A stretch of DNA of 49,756 nucleotides, the filler included, from Sphacelaria rigidula (lineage: Eukaryota): the NCBI GenBank assembly GCA_964200075.2. It is 3 parts of 3 records of this genome, joined end to end, with 100 filler letters (N's around TTAATTAATTAA, not from the genome) between each part and the next. Parts side by side here need not be neighbours in the genome. Positions count along the whole stretch, not along the records: positions 33,240 to 49,756 come from CAXNAA020001329.1; 2 more parts are not named here. One strand, 5' to 3'. The position numbers and the translations under genes are program-made. Below the pieces are notes generated by a model. The model was not told the origin of the DNA. It did not search any database and saw only the letters and a program-made list of their open reading frames with translations. Numbering within the stretch: position 1 is the stretch's first letter; each line of letters opens with the position of its first letter. Positions 46,684-49,756 of this stretch are shown piece by piece.

Positions 46684-46820
46684 ATTTAATCGTTCAACAA
46701 GGGAAAGGTGCCCATCTGATCATAAATCTGGGCCATTATTTTCACCTTGATTCAACCCCATGTCTGCTCATTCCTATACGCTACGGAGATAGCGTTCACA
46801 CTAGAATCCATGTGAAATCC
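46684..46820 (+). repeat. Dispersed ~140-bp direct repeat, copy 1
   Basis: TTAATCGT..CAAGGGAAAGGTGCCCATCT..TGGGCC..TTGATTCAACCCCAT..ATTCCTATAC..GGAGATAGCG..TGTGAAA recurs at 49459-49597. Confidence 0.8.
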
Positions 46821-49458
46821 TGAACGCTACCTCCTGCGGATGAGGATGTTATTTGTTGTGCACGTTCCTTGGAGCACGCGTAGACGATAGATACCCGTCA
46901 CCTTCACACTCGTATTCTATCTCGAGACATGCCCCCGTCCGCTGTCTGTATTCGGTGACAGTTATCGTCAGGCCCTGTGGGGATGTGCTCATCTACTCCG
47001 TCCTGCGTGTGTTCATTATACCTTCCGCTTTTTTCAAGTGGAACCGCCTGTCATGCACGTTACCGCACTCCGTCGTGCGCGTCTATGCCATCGGTAAAAC
47101 GGCACCAGGAGTTTGGTGCACGAATTTGTCACGTGAGTCTACTTGAGCTTGGAGTGGTGCGCCATTTTGGTGAGCTGCATCACCAACAGTTTGGGAAGAA
47201 CCATATCTTGCCGGAGAAAACGTCAGTGACAAAACGGTCATCATTTGTCACCGTTTAATAAAGGGTCGCGGGTCAACACCGATCGTTTTATTCAGCGCAT
47301 TCAACCTTAATTTTCATGTATGACCGCGTGGGGAGATGCAGCGCGATCACGGGGGGTCGTCACTTGCGCTGACCACAACCTCCAGCGCCCCCCGTAATTC
47401 ATGCATGACCCCGCTGCCGCATTTCCGCATTTGGCCCGCCATCGCAAGACTTCAGTATACCAGAAGGTGATGCGCACGCACGTATTCGGTGCCTTGTCGA
47501 GTGTGAGAACACAACAAACTTGAAACCACTCCTCGGGTGGGACACTGGCAAGAGACGTGAGACGTGGAAAATGACCTAATCGACACTGAGTGTCGGCCCG
47601 CTTTTGTTTCTGCCTTGTCGAGTGATGTTTACCCTCGTTGCCCGGAACTGTTGCCTGGAGGGCTCTACCCATACCCACACTGATCTTTGCAGCGTACACC
47701 TTTCCCGTCGAGCCTTCGGTTCGCACTTCGAACACCCCGCCGATCTTTACGAATTATCTCGTAACTCACGACAGATTTTTTCTTGTACTAGTGCGAGGAG
47801 TAATTAATCCCCCACCCTACCCGCCTGCCCGATTCTACATGAACTCAGGTGCCATACCACCTTCGGGCGACGACCGGCGTGCAGCTGACGGATGAGCACA
47901 TCGACAGTATTGTCGAGGACGTGGGCTATCGCGTTCGCGATGAGGCTCTCATTTTCCCGAATTTCGGTACCGAGCCGTTGTATGACGTCCCGGGCGCGCG
48001 TTATGAATACCTGTACGAGAAAAAAACTGGGATTCTGTAGGCAGGCGCCTTCGGTTTCAAGGTAGACAGCACTACTAGAATCATTACTCATGTACAAGTA
48101 CTGTCCTCGTGGCTGGGATATGCTTGAGTGGCGGAAATAGCTGCAATTAGTACGAACGTTTTCCGAGCAGCGAGTGAGCGCAAGAGGGAAAGACCATAGC
48201 GCCGTGTATATGGGTAAGGTGCATTGTCTCAGGAGATGGAATACTGTTCATGGTTTTACCCGTCGGTAGTTGGCCGAAAGCACTGTTGAACCAAAGTAAC
48301 TATGGGGCGGGAAAGTACGAATGGAATGTGGAGCGATCAAAGACGAGGAGTGAATAGGGCGATTCTGGTTATTAACCGACACCTTACAGATGCATACGCC
48401 ACTCAGGGAACATGCGCGATGGTGTCGACCGTCATTACACATCCATTGAAGACGCTGAACAAAGCGTTGTCCGAAGACGGCCACGAATGCTAATGTGCGA
48501 GGCATGAGTCAGGTTGATACTCGATCGTTTCAACGTGCCGAACGTGGGACGGGTCGAATACGGTTGCCAACATCTGCGCGGCAGCTACTGTCAACGCCTC
48601 TGTGTGCGATACGTTTTACAATATGTCAACAGCCTGATTCAAAGATGACGTTCCCAAAAACATATATACTTCACATCATACTGAACGCATTATACCTTTC
48701 GAAAACGGCCTAGTATCCCGCATGTGATGCATTTCGTAGGCCGCAAAATTCAAGAGGAGTACACAACGAAACGAGCATTCGAAGTAGGTTATCGATGAGT
48801 TGCCCAGTCACAAACACGCACAGCGATAAACGTGCTGTTCTGGCGCTTGTCTCCTTCTCCTTCGTCTCTTTCTCGTGTAGGTGAACGTCAGATCGCGCAG
48901 TCATTTTGGAAGTAGAAGAATACTACTTGAACAGATCCAGCCTGTCGGTCAAGAGAAGAATCCATTTGTGAACGTCGTGCCTGGTGTGAACGACCTAAAC
49001 CCTTTATCCGCGAGTGTAGGTCACCTGCTAAATCGGCATCAATGTAACATTGGGAGCAACTTACACGTCCCTGTTGGGAATTCGGTATTATCAAGGGTGC
49101 GGGTGTGTGGTGACACTCGTGAACAATCCATCAGCCCCATCTCATTCGCTCCATTTTCGAATTTCCTGCCGGATAGATACAAGGTCATGTACTGCTACTG
49201 TCGTTGCCACAGAACAACCACTTAATCGACGTATTATATTATGCACGCGTGGGTGTCAAGACTCCCCCTGCTACGAGCTGGGCCAGCCTAAAGGCGGATT
49301 TGACGTTTGCAAGCCTATGCGCGCGCGAGTATCTACAGGTGGACCCTGAAATTTGGTACAGACGACGAATACGAGCTGGGCCAGCTCAGAGACGGATTTA
49401 ACCTTGCAGAGCAATATCTCATCCCCGGAAACGAATTGGGCCGTGGTCCGCATATCGT

Positions 49459-49597
49459 ATTAATCGTCGAATCAAGGGGAAGGTGCCCATCTACTCAAAA
49501 GTTTGGGCCCATATTTTCTCGTTGATTAAACCCCATATATATCTAGTAATTCCTATACCAAGGGAGATAGCGCCAATACTTAAATCTCTGTGAAACT
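49459..49597 (+). repeat. Dispersed ~140-bp direct repeat, copy 2
   Basis: Colinear with 46684-46820. Confidence 0.8.
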
Positions 49598-49756
49598 ACC
49601 GATTTATGCATTTATTTAGCCGATGGCGACGAAAATTGGTGTGGAGAACCGCAGAAGAGTGCCGAATAAAAAAAAAACTGGGCCTTCGTTCTTTTCTTTT
49701 TTTTCATAAAGGTTACAGCTTTTCTTGTGAAGAAATGGTCTTCACCATACTAACAC

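Larger units (their letters stand above)
43800..49450 (+). pseudogene. Scattered exon-like segments of an unidentified, probably decayed gene
   Basis: Coding-like segments with plausible splice signals: ~43801-43889 (VYHGGTEEDNALAAKLIGKVKGTYKNLIN|GTGAGT), ~45036-45131 (VLEMKAEEGIFIPRDIVLNGGPFEIWLESTDW|GTGAGT), 46202-46441, 47849-48040 (GVQLTDEHIDSIVEDVGYRVRDEALIFPNFG), 48302-48493, ~48881-49020 and ~49260-49440. I could not assemble them into one stop-free model. Confidence 0.3.

Noticed and set aside
48302-48493. Pif1/Helitron helicase similarity (GVNRAILVINRHLTDAYATQGTCAMV)
   Set aside because: It is only a loose pattern. No Walker A/B or HKSQG motif was found nearby, so it would need a profile search.

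Overview
Eukaryotic, intron-rich genomic DNA. The intron style and repeat families suggest a brown alga (Phaeophyceae, Ectocarpus-like); this is inference. The window is not one locus. It is three unplaced contigs of 16,520, 16,519 and 16,517 bp joined by artificial 100-bp N/TTAATTAATTAA/N spacers (16521-16620, 33140-33239), so nothing can be inferred across those joins. Contig 1 carries a minus-strand, 14-15-exon gene for an EGF-like plus four-thioredoxin-fold (PDI-like) protein with CHKC and CESC motifs. It also carries a possible divergent plus-strand gene, a decayed RLE-type LINE, SINEs, MITEs and two ~42/85-bp tandem arrays. Contig 2 carries a decayed RTE-like LINE, a tRNA-headed SINE with a degenerate hammerhead-like motif, and a 14-exon argininosuccinate synthase gene with one GC-AG intron; its start exon was not located. 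Contig 3 has no intact gene. It holds a ~274-bp-period array whose units each fold into an ~80-110-nt hairpin kept by compensatory changes, followed by scattered, frameshifted exon-like segments with AT-hooks and Ulp1/SUMO-protease-like motifs, probably a large decayed transposon. The covarying hairpin array is the best candidate for an undescribed system.
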